DNA from: an uncultured Bacteroidales bacterium
Lineage (GTDB): Bacteria; Bacteroidota; Bacteroidia; Bacteroidales; UBA4417
Assembly: GCA_903913645.1 (NCBI GenBank)
Contig: CAIWMA010000393.1
Span: 10,420-74,419 of the forward strand
Length of the DNA stretch: 64,000 bases
Direction: 5' to 3'
Both the position numbers and the translations under genes were made by a program. The notes under the pieces are model-generated. The model made no database searches and was not told where the DNA came from. It was given only the letters and a program-made list of their open reading frames with translations. Every line of letters starts with the position of its first letter. Position 1 is the stretch's first letter. This document shows positions 17,345-27,689 of the stretch, piece by piece.

Positions 17345-18787
17345 ATGAAATATATCTGCGTACTTGTTCTGATACTCTTCACATTATTATCCTGTAAGAA
17401 GACAGATGATCCTGAACTATTGGAAACTATAAAGGTTGTTATAATACAAGGATGCAACAATGCCAAATTATTGTGGGAACCAATAACCGGGTATCCCGAT
17501 TCTGTTGTTGAGTTTTCAGTGTTCTTAAATGATAGCCTAATTGGTGATCATCTGGAAACCAGACAGTTTAATATTAAAAATCTTTCAGAAAATAAATCGT
17601 ATAAAGCTAAAATTGAGGCATTTGCTATTAACAAGAAAATTGCTGAATGCACATTTCAATTTACAACACTTCAAAACCAGCCACCACTGAATTTTGATGT
17701 TACTGAAATAGCAATTCAAAGAACATCTGTTGGGTTAACATGGAGCGAGTCGACTGATCCTGAAAATACGAAAATCGTTTATGATATTTATCTCAATGGC
17801 CAGTTAAAAACCAATGGAATAAAAGAATTGACCTGCAAGATAGATGGATTGATTCCGGGTAGTTATACGGGCGAAATTAGGGCCAGGGATTCTGCCGGAA
17901 ATACTCAGAAATCAGTTTTTGCTTTTAAAACTATATCGGTTGATAAAAGTGTCCTTGTACACAGGTTTATTGAATACGATGGATACAAGCGCGATTATGC
18001 TTATTATTTGCCATCCTCCTATGACTCATCGGCCAGGTTGCCTCTAGTATTTGCTTTACATGGCGCTAACGGAAATGCCTGGAATGAGATCGGATCATCC
18101 TATTTCAAAACTATTGCCGACAGGGAAGGTTTTATACTTCTTATGCCCCAGGGTTTATTAGGTTCCTTTAACGGGGAAACTTTTTATCAATGGAATGCAC
18201 ATTATATTTTTCCTTGGGATGATGTGAGTCTTTTGAATTACCTGATAGATTTCATGTATACCAAATATAATATCGATCTGAGTAAAGTCTATATAAGTGG
18301 TATGTCAAATGGCGGCTTTATGACTTTTTTTGCTGCGCGGGGCCTTCAGTACAGGGTTGCTGCAATTGCCCCGATTTCGGGCCTGATATCACAGAATGTT
18401 TTTACCAGCTATACATTAAAAAGGCCGATTCCATTATGTTATATGCATGGAACGGCTGACAATATTGTTAAAATTGATAGTTATCCCTCTGTAGATTCTA
18501 TACTTAGTTTCTGGATTACGAATAACAAATGCAACCGTACTCCGCAGGTTACGCAATTGCCTGATATTGCTGATTATGATAATTCAACCGTTACTTTGTA
18601 TCAGTATGCTGGACAAACAACAGATTCTGAAATAGAATTTTATGAAATCGTCGGTGGCGGACATTCTATTCCAGGTGTTGAGCCAGGAGCGAATATGGAT
18701 ATCAATGCCTGTGAAGTCATCTGGTCTTTTTTTAGCCGACATTCATACCTGAATCATAGTCAGGGCAAAATTGTCGACCTTCGATAA
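17345..18787 (+). CDS. lipoprotein with two FN3-like domains and a C-terminal PHB-depolymerase/LpqC-family esterase domain
   Basis: Lipobox LLSCKK. FN3-like LTWSESTDPENTKIVYDIYLNG. Esterase part LPLVFALHGANGNAW, nucleophile elbow GMSNGG, HGTADNIV, GGGHSIPG. Confidence 0.65.
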   Translation: MKYICVLVLILFTLLSCKKTDDPELLETIKVVIIQGCNNAKLLWEPITGYPDSVVEFSVFLNDSLIGDHLETRQFNIKNLSENKSYKAKIEAFAINKKIAECTFQFTTLQNQPPLNFDVTEIAIQRTSVGLTWSESTDPENTKIVYDIYLNGQLKTNGIKELTCKIDGLIPGSYTGEIRARDSAGNTQKSVFAFKTISVDKSVLVHRFIEYDGYKRDYAYYLPSSYDSSARLPLVFALHGANGNAWNEIGSSYFKTIADREGFILLMPQGLLGSFNGETFYQWNAHYIFPWDDVSLLNYLIDFMYTKYNIDLSKVYISGMSNGGFMTFFAARGLQYRVAAIAPISGLISQNVFTSYTLKRPIPLCYMHGTADNIVKIDSYPSVDSILSFWITNNKCNRTPQVTQLPDIADYDNSTVTLYQYAGQTTDSEIEFYEIVGGGHSIPGVEPGANMDINACEVIWSFFSRHSYLNHSQGKIVDLR

Positions 18788-18935
18788 AAATTACGACCTT
18801 TGTATTCTCAAACCAGATTAAAGTAAATTCGATTGAAGAATTGTTTTTATTTAATAACTCTAATCTCAGCAATTATTCCCGAAACTTTAATTGTAATAAT
18901 TGATTGAGGTAACAATTTGAAAACCAATAGTTAAT

Positions 18936-19730
18936 ATGGTAAATAGTACAACAAAAATACACATAATTGGTGGCGGTAATTTGGGCGTATCTTTAGCACT
19001 AGGTTTATCTAAATTCTCTTCCGACTCCCAAATCACAGTCACCCGGCGAAATATTCAACAAATTCAGTACTTGGAAAAGTTGAATATCTGCGTATCATCC
19101 GATAATACTTTCGAAATCGGTCAGGCAGATATTATTCTGCTTACTGTAAAGCCGTACCAGGTCGACACGGTATTAAATGAAATTCTTCCTCATATTTCGC
19201 ACAAAATCCTGGTTTCAGCCGTCACCGGTTTAAGTGTTGATGCGCTCGAGAAAAAGACCAATCATGCCCATTCAATTGTAAGGATAATGCCTAGCATTGC
19301 AGCTCAATTCGGCGAATCTGCAACTTGTATCTCATTTTCAGAAGGCAGCCATGATGCAGGGAAAAAAGTATCGGAATTATTTGATCTTCTTGGAACTGCC
19401 CTGGTTATTGAAGAAAAACTTATGGATGCAGCAACAATTATGGCATCATGTGGAACTGCTTATGCATTGCGGTATATCAGGGCAGCTATGCAGGCTGGTA
19501 TTGAAATCGGATTTGACTCACAAACTGCTCTGGCAATAGCTTCACAAACTGTAAAAGGTGCTGCCAGGATGACCCTTGATGAGAAAATTCACCCGGAGCA
19601 ATTAATAGATCGGGTAACCACTCCAAAAGGATGCACTATTGTAGGTTTAAATGAAATGGAGCACCAGGGGTTTAGCTCTTCTTTGATAAAAGGAATTAAA
19701 ACTTCTTTCGATAAAATCAAGGAAATATAG
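18936..19730 (+). CDS. proC: pyrroline-5-carboxylate reductase
   Basis: Rossmann IHIIGGGNLG at the N-terminus and the C-terminal ProC signature VTTPKGCTIVGLNEME; 264 aa. Confidence 0.85.
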   Translation: MVNSTTKIHIIGGGNLGVSLALGLSKFSSDSQITVTRRNIQQIQYLEKLNICVSSDNTFEIGQADIILLTVKPYQVDTVLNEILPHISHKILVSAVTGLSVDALEKKTNHAHSIVRIMPSIAAQFGESATCISFSEGSHDAGKKVSELFDLLGTALVIEEKLMDAATIMASCGTAYALRYIRAAMQAGIEIGFDSQTALAIASQTVKGAARMTLDEKIHPEQLIDRVTTPKGCTIVGLNEMEHQGFSSSLIKGIKTSFDKIKEI

Positions 19731-19926
19731 GCGTTACCTATATATTGTTTTCGAAATATCATGTCTTTCTCAAAATGAGACTTTCTTTTCTTGTCCCAAA
19801 TCATATATTTAGAGCTTATCATGTCTCTGTTTAGTTCAATTTTCATGGAATTAAATCCTTTGAAATTTCATTGTTAAGCGGATAAGTTAATTACGCTATT
19901 TTTGCCCACAATAATCACGTGGCACT

Positions 19927-21717
19927 ATGCAACCCCGCACATCAATTTACCATAAATTAATACTCTATATTTTCTTTTTAGGGATTTTCGTCATTGTTAC
20001 GGTAAGTTTGTATTCCTTTATTACAGCCCGCAATGCTATTCTCCAGCGTACATTCGATCAGCTCACTTCGCTAAAAGTAGCGAAAAAAGAACAGGTTGAG
20101 CAGTTTTTTAAGGACAGGCTTAAAGAAGTCGAATTGTTTGCGAGCCAGGAAAATCAAGGAATCATACGGATTAACACCCAAAAACCGGAAGGTCAGATAT
20201 CTTTCAATACAAATAAAAAAGGAATCACCGCGAATTACCAGCATTTTTTCAAATCGGGTGGGTATTACACAAAAGTATACCTCATTTATGGTGAGCATTT
20301 TGAATCTTATGCTATGGATTCTGTTTCAGATAATCAGATAATACTCAACCAAGATGAAAAAAAATATCTTGAACCGGTCATCAACCGGGCGAGAAAAGAA
20401 AACCAGGCAATTATCGAGGATTATACCTTTAGCTTTACTGACAGCATTTGCAGCTTATTTATTGCTACACCAATATCAGGTGCAAATCAAACGGAATCTG
20501 GGATTGCTTTGTTTGTACTAAAGCCTTCGGTTATCAGTAATATAATGAAAAATGAAGAAGTTGTTAAAAGTCTGGGCAAGAGTGGCGAAGTTTATCTTGT
20601 AGGACCGGATTCACTGATGCGTAGCGAATCCCGCTTTTTTAAAAATTCAATTCTGCACCTGCCAGTTAAAACAGAATCTGTCAGAAAAGCATACTCATCA
20701 GGAGAAGGTAGCCATTTAAATAAGGATTATAGAGGAATAATTACTTTGTCATCGTATAACCGACTCAATATACCTGGACTGGATTGGATCATTGTTGCCG
20801 AAATGGATAAACGCGAAGCGATGCGGCCTGTGTACAAACTGGCAAATGAGATAGTGTTTCTCAGTATTTTTATAACCCTTATACTTTTTATTTTTGCTTA
20901 TATCATTTCACGGACGATTACAAAGCCAATAATTGAACTCAAAAATGCAACTATCCGGGTCAGGAATGGAGATTTGGCTTCCATCCTACATAGTAAATCC
21001 AACGATGAACTAGGGGAATTGACTGTTAATTTCAATCTAATGACAAGCCAGCTTAAAACTCAGCAGGAGGAACTAAAGGATCGTGAGGTACGGATTTTTT
21101 CATCTTTTATCGATGGGCAGGAAGACGAACGTCAACGCCTTTCGCGCGAATTGCACGATGGGCTTGGGCAGATGATTATTGCCACCAAGCTGAAAACGGA
21201 AAGTATTGTGAATACAGGAAACGGAATAAATATCGAAAATATTTCACGATTGCGTCTGATGTATGATAGCCTGGTGGATGAAGTGAGGAGCATTTCCAAT
21301 AACCTGATGCCTGCAGCATTGCAGGAATTCGGGCTTGAAATTGCCCTGAAACAGATTTGCAATGAGATTTCGAGCCACAGCCGGATTAAAGTTATTTTTG
21401 ATTCCCAGATTTCGGATCGTGAATTGGACAAACGAATTGCTGTTTATATTTTTCGGATTGCCCAGGAAGCATTGAGCAATGCTGTTAAACATTCAGGTGC
21501 AGGAGAAATTATTATGACTTTAATTGGTAATGAGAAAATGATCAGCCTGAATGTTCAGGACGATGGAGTTGGAATTAACATGGAAGAAAACCGCGATCAG
21601 AATGGCCGTGGCATAAACAGCATGAATGAAAGAGTCAGGCTGCTACATGGTTTGATGGATATTTCAAAAGGAGTAAATAAAGGAACTATTGTTTCGGTGA
21701 AAATACCATTAATGTGA
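19927..21717 (+). CDS. sensor histidine kinase (extracytoplasmic Cache-like domain, HAMP, HisKA_3, HATPase_c)
   Basis: Two TM segments flank a ~270-aa periplasmic region. HAMP (PIIELKNATIRVRNGDL..DELGELTVNFNLM). HisKA_3 H-box ERQRLSRELHDGLGQ. ATPase N/G boxes (EALSNAVKHSGA, DDGVGI, GRGINSM). Confidence 0.85.
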   Translation: MQPRTSIYHKLILYIFFLGIFVIVTVSLYSFITARNAILQRTFDQLTSLKVAKKEQVEQFFKDRLKEVELFASQENQGIIRINTQKPEGQISFNTNKKGITANYQHFFKSGGYYTKVYLIYGEHFESYAMDSVSDNQIILNQDEKKYLEPVINRARKENQAIIEDYTFSFTDSICSLFIATPISGANQTESGIALFVLKPSVISNIMKNEEVVKSLGKSGEVYLVGPDSLMRSESRFFKNSILHLPVKTESVRKAYSSGEGSHLNKDYRGIITLSSYNRLNIPGLDWIIVAEMDKREAMRPVYKLANEIVFLSIFITLILFIFAYIISRTITKPIIELKNATIRVRNGDLASILHSKSNDELGELTVNFNLMTSQLKTQQEELKDREVRIFSSFIDGQEDERQRLSRELHDGLGQMIIATKLKTESIVNTGNGINIENISRLRLMYDSLVDEVRSISNNLMPAALQEFGLEIALKQICNEISSHSRIKVIFDSQISDRELDKRIAVYIFRIAQEALSNAVKHSGAGEIIMTLIGNEKMISLNVQDDGVGINMEENRDQNGRGINSMNERVRLLHGLMDISKGVNKGTIVSVKIPLM

Positions 21718-21855
21718 TTTGATAAAAATGGATAAATCCGAAATAAATATATGTTACATTTGCCCGCTAAGCATCAAGGATTCAACACACAAAATTCCAG
21801 TAAGCAGTAACCACTCGCCAACAACCAGTCAACAGATAACCTCTATTTTTAACCT

Positions 21856-22512
21856 ATGCCATCAATAAAAATCATACTTACCGAAGATCACCAGTTATTA
21901 CGCGACGGAATAAAAGCGTTGATAGCTTCTGAAAATATTGAAATTGTCGGCGAGGCTTCAACAGGTGAAGGGCTTTGGAAATTGATGGAAAGTGTACTTC
22001 CTGATATTATTCTGATGGATATTTCGTTGCCCGATATTTCAGGAATTGAATTAACACGAGAAATGTCAGAACGTTATCCTGAGGTTAAGGTGCTTATTTT
22101 GTCAATGTTTACCGATGAGAGCTTTATAAACCAGGCTATTAAAGCCGGGGCAAAAGGATATCTGCATAAAAACACCACGCGCGAAGAAATGCTTGTCGCT
22201 ATTGATACAGTTTATTCAGGCAGTGAGTTTTACAGCGATAATATCTCTAAAATAATTCTAAAAAGCTATATAGATAAGGCTAAAAAGAATGGGGAAGATA
22301 ATAGCAATCCCCACGAAATACTTTCAAAACGGGAAATCGAGATTTTGAAAATGTTTGCTGAAGGATTTATAAATAAGGAAATTGCCGATCGCCTTTTTAT
22401 CAGCATTCGTACAGTTGAATCCCATAAAAACCATATCATGCAGAAACTAAACCTGAAAACCCAGGTTGAGCTGGTTAAATATGCAATCCGGCATAATCTT
22501 ATAAATATCTGA
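21856..22512 (+). CDS. NarL/FixJ-family response regulator (REC + LuxR-type HTH)
   Basis: REC domain (ILTEDH, DIILMDISLPDISG, KGYLHK). C-terminal LSKREIEILKMFAEGFINKEIADRLFISIRTVESHKNHIMQKL. Confidence 0.9.
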   Translation: MPSIKIILTEDHQLLRDGIKALIASENIEIVGEASTGEGLWKLMESVLPDIILMDISLPDISGIELTREMSERYPEVKVLILSMFTDESFINQAIKAGAKGYLHKNTTREEMLVAIDTVYSGSEFYSDNISKIILKSYIDKAKKNGEDNSNPHEILSKREIEILKMFAEGFINKEIADRLFISIRTVESHKNHIMQKLNLKTQVELVKYAIRHNLINI

Positions 22513-22616
22513 TATATAATTTGATGGATTCTGATAATCGTGTCCGGATTTAAAATCTGTATTCATTATCTATTATAACTTATAACTTATCCCGTTTCCC
22601 TTCTCTCACTCCGTGC

Positions 22617-22649
22617 ATCACGTAATCAAGCTACGCTAAATCACGTAAT
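22617..22649. promoter_or_regulatory. direct repeat ATCACGTAAT x2 (23-bp phasing) upstream of amt
   Basis: Exact 10-mers at 22617-22626 and 22640-22649, about 105-140 bp upstream of the likely amt start 22755 and about 105 bp downstream of the LuxR-type regulator gene. The core ATCACGT also occurs at 19914-19920, 7 nt upstream of the kinase ATG. Confidence 0.4.
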
Positions 22650-22754
22650 ATATCCCACTTTAATTTTCAGTATTTTACAGTATTGATGTTCGCAAATCTT
22701 ACGTCTACTTTTGGTGCAACTTATTTAACAAAATATACACTAAATCAACACATT

Positions 22755-23984
22755 ATGATTGATACCGGATCAACTGGCTTTATGCTGCTTGCAACAAGCC
22801 TCGTCATGCTGATGACACCCGCATTGGCTTTCTTCTACGGTGGCCTGGCTACAAAACGAAACATACTTGGTATAATGATACAGAGTTTTGTTTCCTTAGG
22901 CTGGACAACCGTACTTTGGGTAACTTTTGGATATTCGCTCTGTTTTAGTGGCGGCGAAGGCGGATTATTGGGCAATCTGGATAAGGCATTTCTTGCCGGT
23001 ATCGGAATGGATTCACTGTATGCCGGGAATCATAAAATTCCGGAAATTGTATTTATTGCATACCAGATGATGTTCGCAATTATCACTCCTGCGCTTATCA
23101 CCGGAGCATTTGTGAACAGGGTTTCTTTTAAAGCTTATATGATTTTTCTCACGGTATGGCAAATTCTGGTTTATTACCCGTTTGTTCATATGGTTTGGGG
23201 TGGTGGACTGTTGGCCGAATGGGGTGTTCTCGACTTTGCCGGTGGTATTGTAGTTCATGCCACTGCCGGATTTGCAGCACTTGCTTCTGTATTTTATGTG
23301 GGCAAACGTGTTAACAAAAATTCAACTCCAAATAGTATTCCACTGGTTGCTATTGGTAGTGGATTGTTGTGGTTTGGCTGGTATGGTTTTAATGCAGGCA
23401 GTGAGTTGCAAGTTGATGGAGTTACTTCCTTGGCATTTTTAAATACTGATATAGCTGCCTCCTTTGCTACTGTAGCATGGTTGGGGATCGAATGGTTCCG
23501 CGAAGGGAAACCTAAATTACTTGGACTGTTAACAGGTTCAATTGCCGGCCTGGCTACTATTACACCATGTGCCGGATTTGTACCTATATGGGCATCGCCG
23601 ATTATTGGAATTATAGCAGGTGCCGCTTGTTATCTGGCCGTTCAATGGAAAAATAAAATGCAATGGGATGACGCGCTGGACGTATGGGGTGTTCATGGTG
23701 TAGGTGGTTTCATTGGTACCATTCTGTTAGGAGTATTTGCTTATGCCGATACTAATGTTGTGACCGGACAGGTTTACAGCGGGCTTATTTATGGTGATGT
23801 TTCATTTTTCATGAAACAGGTTATAACTGTTGTTGCTGCTTCTGCTTATGCGTTTATATTTACTTATATTATGCTTATTATCATCAATTATTTCACTAAA
23901 GTCAGGGTTAGTGAGGATGATGAAATAATTGGTCTGGATACTGCCTTGCATGGCGAACATGCTTATGATGAGGGTGCTCTTTAA
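22755..23984 (+). CDS. amtB: ammonium transporter (Amt family)
   Basis: The track ORF starts at TTG 22683; the likely start is ATG 22755 (MIDTGSTGFMLLATSLVMLMTPALAFFYGG). Amt signatures DFAGGIVVHATAGFAAL and WFGWYGFNAGS. No glnK follows it. Confidence 0.85.
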   Translation: MIDTGSTGFMLLATSLVMLMTPALAFFYGGLATKRNILGIMIQSFVSLGWTTVLWVTFGYSLCFSGGEGGLLGNLDKAFLAGIGMDSLYAGNHKIPEIVFIAYQMMFAIITPALITGAFVNRVSFKAYMIFLTVWQILVYYPFVHMVWGGGLLAEWGVLDFAGGIVVHATAGFAALASVFYVGKRVNKNSTPNSIPLVAIGSGLLWFGWYGFNAGSELQVDGVTSLAFLNTDIAASFATVAWLGIEWFREGKPKLLGLLTGSIAGLATITPCAGFVPIWASPIIGIIAGAACYLAVQWKNKMQWDDALDVWGVHGVGGFIGTILLGVFAYADTNVVTGQVYSGLIYGDVSFFMKQVITVVAASAYAFIFTYIMLIIINYFTKVRVSEDDEIIGLDTALHGEHAYDEGAL

Positions 23985-24007
23985 ATAACCCGTTCAACTA
24001 AACCAGG

Positions 24008-24035
24008 AAAAGCTGCTCTAACCAGGCAGCTTTTT
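24008..24035 (+). terminator. Rho-independent terminator after amt
   Basis: AAAGCTGC-(loop)-GCAGCTTTTTG. Confidence 0.7.
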
Positions 24036-24201
24036 GTTTTAAGTCTGTTGCATGGTCAATTCTGGTTTGGAAATTATCAAAATCGGTTCAGTCAAAATGG
24101 CATATAAGTATGAAAAAGTATTGACAAAACGGCACAAATTTCTAAGATTTTATTGTTGGCTTATTTGTTGATCAAATCTGATATGTAATAATCTCATTAA
24201 A

Positions 24202-26790
24202 ATGAACTTCAACAATTATACAATTAAAGCGCAGGAAGCTGTTCAGCAAGCACAGCAGATTGCCACAACCAATCAAAATCAAGCCATTGAAACTGCACAT
24301 CTTGTGAAAGGTATTATGGCTGCGTATGATAACGTGCTTCTTTTTCTTACCAACAAATTGGGGATTGATTTCAATACTTTTGAAAAAGGAATCGACTCTA
24401 TTATAGGCAGTTATCCCAAAGTGCAGGGCGGAGAGCAATTCCTTTCGAACGATGCTTCCAAAGCATTGCAGAAGGCTGAATCTATGATGAAAGACTTTGG
24501 AGATCAATTTATAACCATTGAACTTATCATTCTTGGAATACTTGCATCTAACGACAGTGTTTCGAAACTTATGAAACAACTCGGTGCTAACGAGAAAGAT
24601 CTAAAAGCAGCTATTATTGATCTGCGTAAAGGCTCTTCTGCCACCAGCGCTACCGCAGAAGACACATACAATGCCCTTGCCAAATATGCCCGCAACCTCA
24701 ATGAACTGGCACGGAAGGGCAAACTCGATCCGGTAATCGGCCGTGATGAAGAAATTCGACGCGTACTGACAATACTTACCCGGCGTACTAAAAATAATCC
24801 TATTCTTATCGGTGAACCCGGCGTTGGTAAAACAGCTATTGCTGAAGGTATAGCACATCGGATAGTAAGTGGCGATGTACCTGACAATCTGAAAAATAAA
24901 CTCATTTTTTCTTTGGATATGGGTTCACTTATTGCAGGTGCGAAGTACAAAGGAGAATTTGAGGAAAGGTTGAAAAGTGTTGTAAAAGATGTTATATCCT
25001 CCGATGGAGACGTAGTTCTGTTTATCGACGAAATTCATACTCTTGTGGGTGCCGGAGCTTCGGAAGGAGCTATGGATGCAGCAAATATCCTGAAACCGGC
25101 CTTAAGCCGTGGCGAACTTCGTGCCATTGGTGCAACTACTTTGAGTGAATATCAGAAATATTTTGAAAAAGATAAAGCGCTTGAAAGACGTTTCCAGGTT
25201 GTTATGGTAAATGAACCTGATACGCTGGATGCAATTTCTATCCTTCGTGGACTCAAGGAACGCTACGAAACTCATCACCAGGTGCGGATTAAAGATGAAG
25301 CTATTATAGCAGCTGTGGAACTTTCACAACGATATATTACTGACAGGTTTCTGCCTGATAAAGCAATTGACCTGATTGATGAGGCAGCAGCTAAACTCAG
25401 GCTCGAAATTAACTCTGTTCCTGAAGAACTGGATGAAAAGGAACGCCGTATCCGCCAGCTGGAGATTGAGCGCGAAGCTATTAAGCGCGAAAAAGACGAG
25501 GTTAAACTAAAACAACTCAACGAAGAGATTGCCAACCTTGATGAAGTGCGTAAAGCATTGAAGTCAAAATGGGAAGCCGAACGTAACCTGGTTAATGGTA
25601 TTCAACAGCAAAAGAAAAATATAGAAACCTATAAATTCGAAGCAGAACAAGCCGAGCGCGAAGGCAATTACGGACTGGTGGCTGAACTTCGTTATGGTAA
25701 AACCCAGGAAGCAGTCGCAAGACTTGAACAGCTCAAAATAGAACTGAACCTTATGCAGGTTAACTCAATATTAGTTAAAGAGGAAATTGGTTCGGAGGAA
25801 ATCGCAGAAGTTGTTGCCCGCTGGACCGGAATTCCGGTAACCCGAATGCTTCAAAGCGAACGTGAAAAGCTGTTACATCTCGAAGACGAACTTCATAAAA
25901 GAGTGGTTGGGCAGGACGAAGCTATACAGGCTATTTCGGATGCAATCCGTCGCAGCCGTGCCGGATTACAGGATGCAAAACGCCCAATGGGTTCCTTTAT
26001 TTTCCTTGGAACTACCGGTGTTGGTAAGACAGAACTGGCCAAAGCCCTTGCCGATTATATGTTCAACGATGAAAATGCATTGGTTCGAATTGATATGAGC
26101 GAATACCAGGAACGACATTCAGTTTCGCGACTGGTTGGAGCGCCTCCGGGATATGTTGGGTATGATGAAGGAGGTCAGTTGACCGAAAAAGTGCGTCGTA
26201 AACCTTATTCCGTAGTTCTGTTTGATGAAATGGAAAAAGCTCATCCCGATGTTTTTAATATACTGTTACAGGTTCTGGATGATGGACGATTGACTGATAA
26301 TAAAGGTCGTACGGCTGATTTCAGGAATACCATTATTATTATGACTTCCAATATCGGATCAATGTTAATACAGGAAAAGCTAAAGACAATCAACCAGTTG
26401 AACCGTGAAAAGGTATTGGATCAAACAAGGGATGAAGTTTTCGATTTATTGAAAAAGACGATCCGACCTGAATTCCTGAACCGTATTGATGAAGTAATCA
26501 TGTTTACTCCCCTGACAGAAAAGGAAATAGCGAAAATTGTCCACCTGCAGTTAAAGAAGATTGAAGAAATGCTTCTTGCCAATGATATACACCTCGAAGT
26601 TACAGATGATGCAATTCAACTACTTGCAAATGAAGGCTTTGATCCACAATATGGAGCTCGTCCGCTAAAACGGGTTTTGCAACGCGAAATCCTTAACAAA
26701 CTTTCGAAAATGATACTGGCTGATGAAATCAGGAAGGATAAGAAGATAGTTGTTAGTATAAAGGACGATAATCTGGAATTCTCAAATTAG
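24202..26790 (+). CDS. clpB: ATP-dependent chaperone/disaggregase ClpB
   Basis: 862 aa. Clp_N repeats, two AAA+ modules ([10 protein letters not shown] and [15 protein letters not shown]), a long coiled-coil middle domain, and the [10 protein letters not shown] sensor motif. Confidence 0.95.
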   Translation: MNFNNYTIKAQEAVQQAQQIATTNQNQAIETAHLVKGIMAAYDNVLLFLTNKLGIDFNTFEKGIDSIIGSYPKVQGGEQFLSNDASKALQKAESMMKDFGDQFITIELIILGILASNDSVSKLMKQLGANEKDLKAAIIDLRKGSSATSATAEDTYNALAKYARNLNELARKGKLDPVIGRDEEIRRVLTILTRRTKNNPILIGEPGVGKTAIAEGIAHRIVSGDVPDNLKNKLIFSLDMGSLIAGAKYKGEFEERLKSVVKDVISSDGDVVLFIDEIHTLVGAGASEGAMDAANILKPALSRGELRAIGATTLSEYQKYFEKDKALERRFQVVMVNEPDTLDAISILRGLKERYETHHQVRIKDEAIIAAVELSQRYITDRFLPDKAIDLIDEAAAKLRLEINSVPEELDEKERRIRQLEIEREAIKREKDEVKLKQLNEEIANLDEVRKALKSKWEAERNLVNGIQQQKKNIETYKFEAEQAEREGNYGLVAELRYGKTQEAVARLEQLKIELNLMQVNSILVKEEIGSEEIAEVVARWTGIPVTRMLQSEREKLLHLEDELHKRVVGQDEAIQAISDAIRRSRAGLQDAKRPMGSFIFLGTTGVGKTELAKALADYMFNDENALVRIDMSEYQERHSVSRLVGAPPGYVGYDEGGQLTEKVRRKPYSVVLFDEMEKAHPDVFNILLQVLDDGRLTDNKGRTADFRNTIIIMTSNIGSMLIQEKLKTINQLNREKVLDQTRDEVFDLLKKTIRPEFLNRIDEVIMFTPLTEKEIAKIVHLQLKKIEEMLLANDIHLEVTDDAIQLLANEGFDPQYGARPLKRVLQREILNKLSKMILADEIRKDKKIVVSIKDDNLEFSN

Positions 26791-26815
26791 AATTTCTGAT
26801 AAATTGTTATTAGAA

Positions 26816-26858
26816 AAATAGAAAATGGGTCAGTGATTTGCGAACCTATTTTCTATTT
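26816..26858. terminator. bidirectional hairpin terminator between convergent clpB and 26874..27611
   Basis: AAATAGAAAATGGGT-(13 nt)-ACCTATTTTCTATTT: 15-bp arms with one mismatch, flanked by A/T runs. Confidence 0.65.
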
Positions 26859-26873
26859 TCCATTTCCACCAAA

Positions 26874-27611
26874 CTAATTCTCCGGAGATCCCTGGCTTAT
26901 CCAGATTTTCACCGTAGTGATCTGGCAATCCGATAATTTGTTTCCGTTTTGAGGCATAGCTTTATATCCGGTCAAATGACTAATGGTTCCAAAAAACTTT
27001 CCATTATCAGCAATTGCTTTCACACCGGCATAGGTAGAAAGGTTAATTCCACCACCCGGAGTGGCACCGCTGTGGCAACCCTGGCAATTATTCTGAATTA
27101 GTGGTTTTATATGAGTTGAATATTTGACATTTGTTGTATCGCAGGTACTTTCGATACAACTGTTATTTTTTGCACCCTGGCCGATCCATTTCGAAATTGT
27201 TGACAACTGAGTACTGGTCATCGGTGCTGCAGGAGCAGGAGGCATATTTTCTTCACCGGTATTTAACATTGCGCGGTACACTTTGCTGTTAGTAGGATTG
27301 CTTATACTTATTCCTCCCGTTGACAGAATCCCGGAATAGGAATTAAGATACAACCCTTTCTTATGAGTAATTGCATCGTGACAACCGCTTAATGCGCAAC
27401 TGGATTGAAATATTGGCAGAACCTGCTGTGCAAAATATACCGTATCCTTACTGCAAGTTGATCCGGTTGTTCCCCCGTTGTTATTGTTCCCTATTGTATC
27501 TACAGGAATTACAATGCCAAGAAATTCAGGCTCGTGTTTGCATGAGTAGGAGAGAAGTATAGAAGAAATAAAAAGTGCCGAAATTAAAATCGGGAATAGA
27601 TTGCGTTTCAT
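26874..27611 (-). CDS. lipoprotein with two tandem c-type-cytochrome-like domains
   Basis: Likely start ATG 27611 (MKRNLFPILISALFISSILLSYSC lipobox). Two parallel modules: VLPIFQSSCALSGCHDAITHKKGLYLNSY..ENMPP and IKPLIQNNCQGCHSGATPGGGINLSTY..KAMPQ. The second has a canonical CxxCH; the first reads C-ALSG-CH. Confidence 0.55.
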   Translation of the reverse strand: MKRNLFPILISALFISSILLSYSCKHEPEFLGIVIPVDTIGNNNNGGTTGSTCSKDTVYFAQQVLPIFQSSCALSGCHDAITHKKGLYLNSYSGILSTGGISISNPTNSKVYRAMLNTGEENMPPAPAAPMTSTQLSTISKWIGQGAKNNSCIESTCDTTNVKYSTHIKPLIQNNCQGCHSGATPGGGINLSTYAGVKAIADNGKFFGTISHLTGYKAMPQNGNKLSDCQITTVKIWISQGSPEN

Positions 27612-27689
27612 TAAAAGATCTGGTTTATATATATAAACTTCGATAGTATAAAAATGTTGCAAGCGAAATCCTAAAAAGCGAAAATTAAT

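Noticed and set aside
19919-19931. TGGCAC immediately upstream of, and overlapping, the kinase start codon (GTGGCACTATGCAA).
   Set aside because: The GC lies only 4 nt after TGGCAC, which is the wrong spacing. The motif also overlaps the ATG, leaving no room for a transcript leader.
24172-25535. Minus-strand ORFs 24172-24579, 24504-24950, 24601-24858 and 25275-25535, and plus-strand ORF 25862-26098.
   Set aside because: All are embedded in the clpB coding region, antisense or out of frame, with S/R/I-rich low-complexity translations. clpB is unambiguous.
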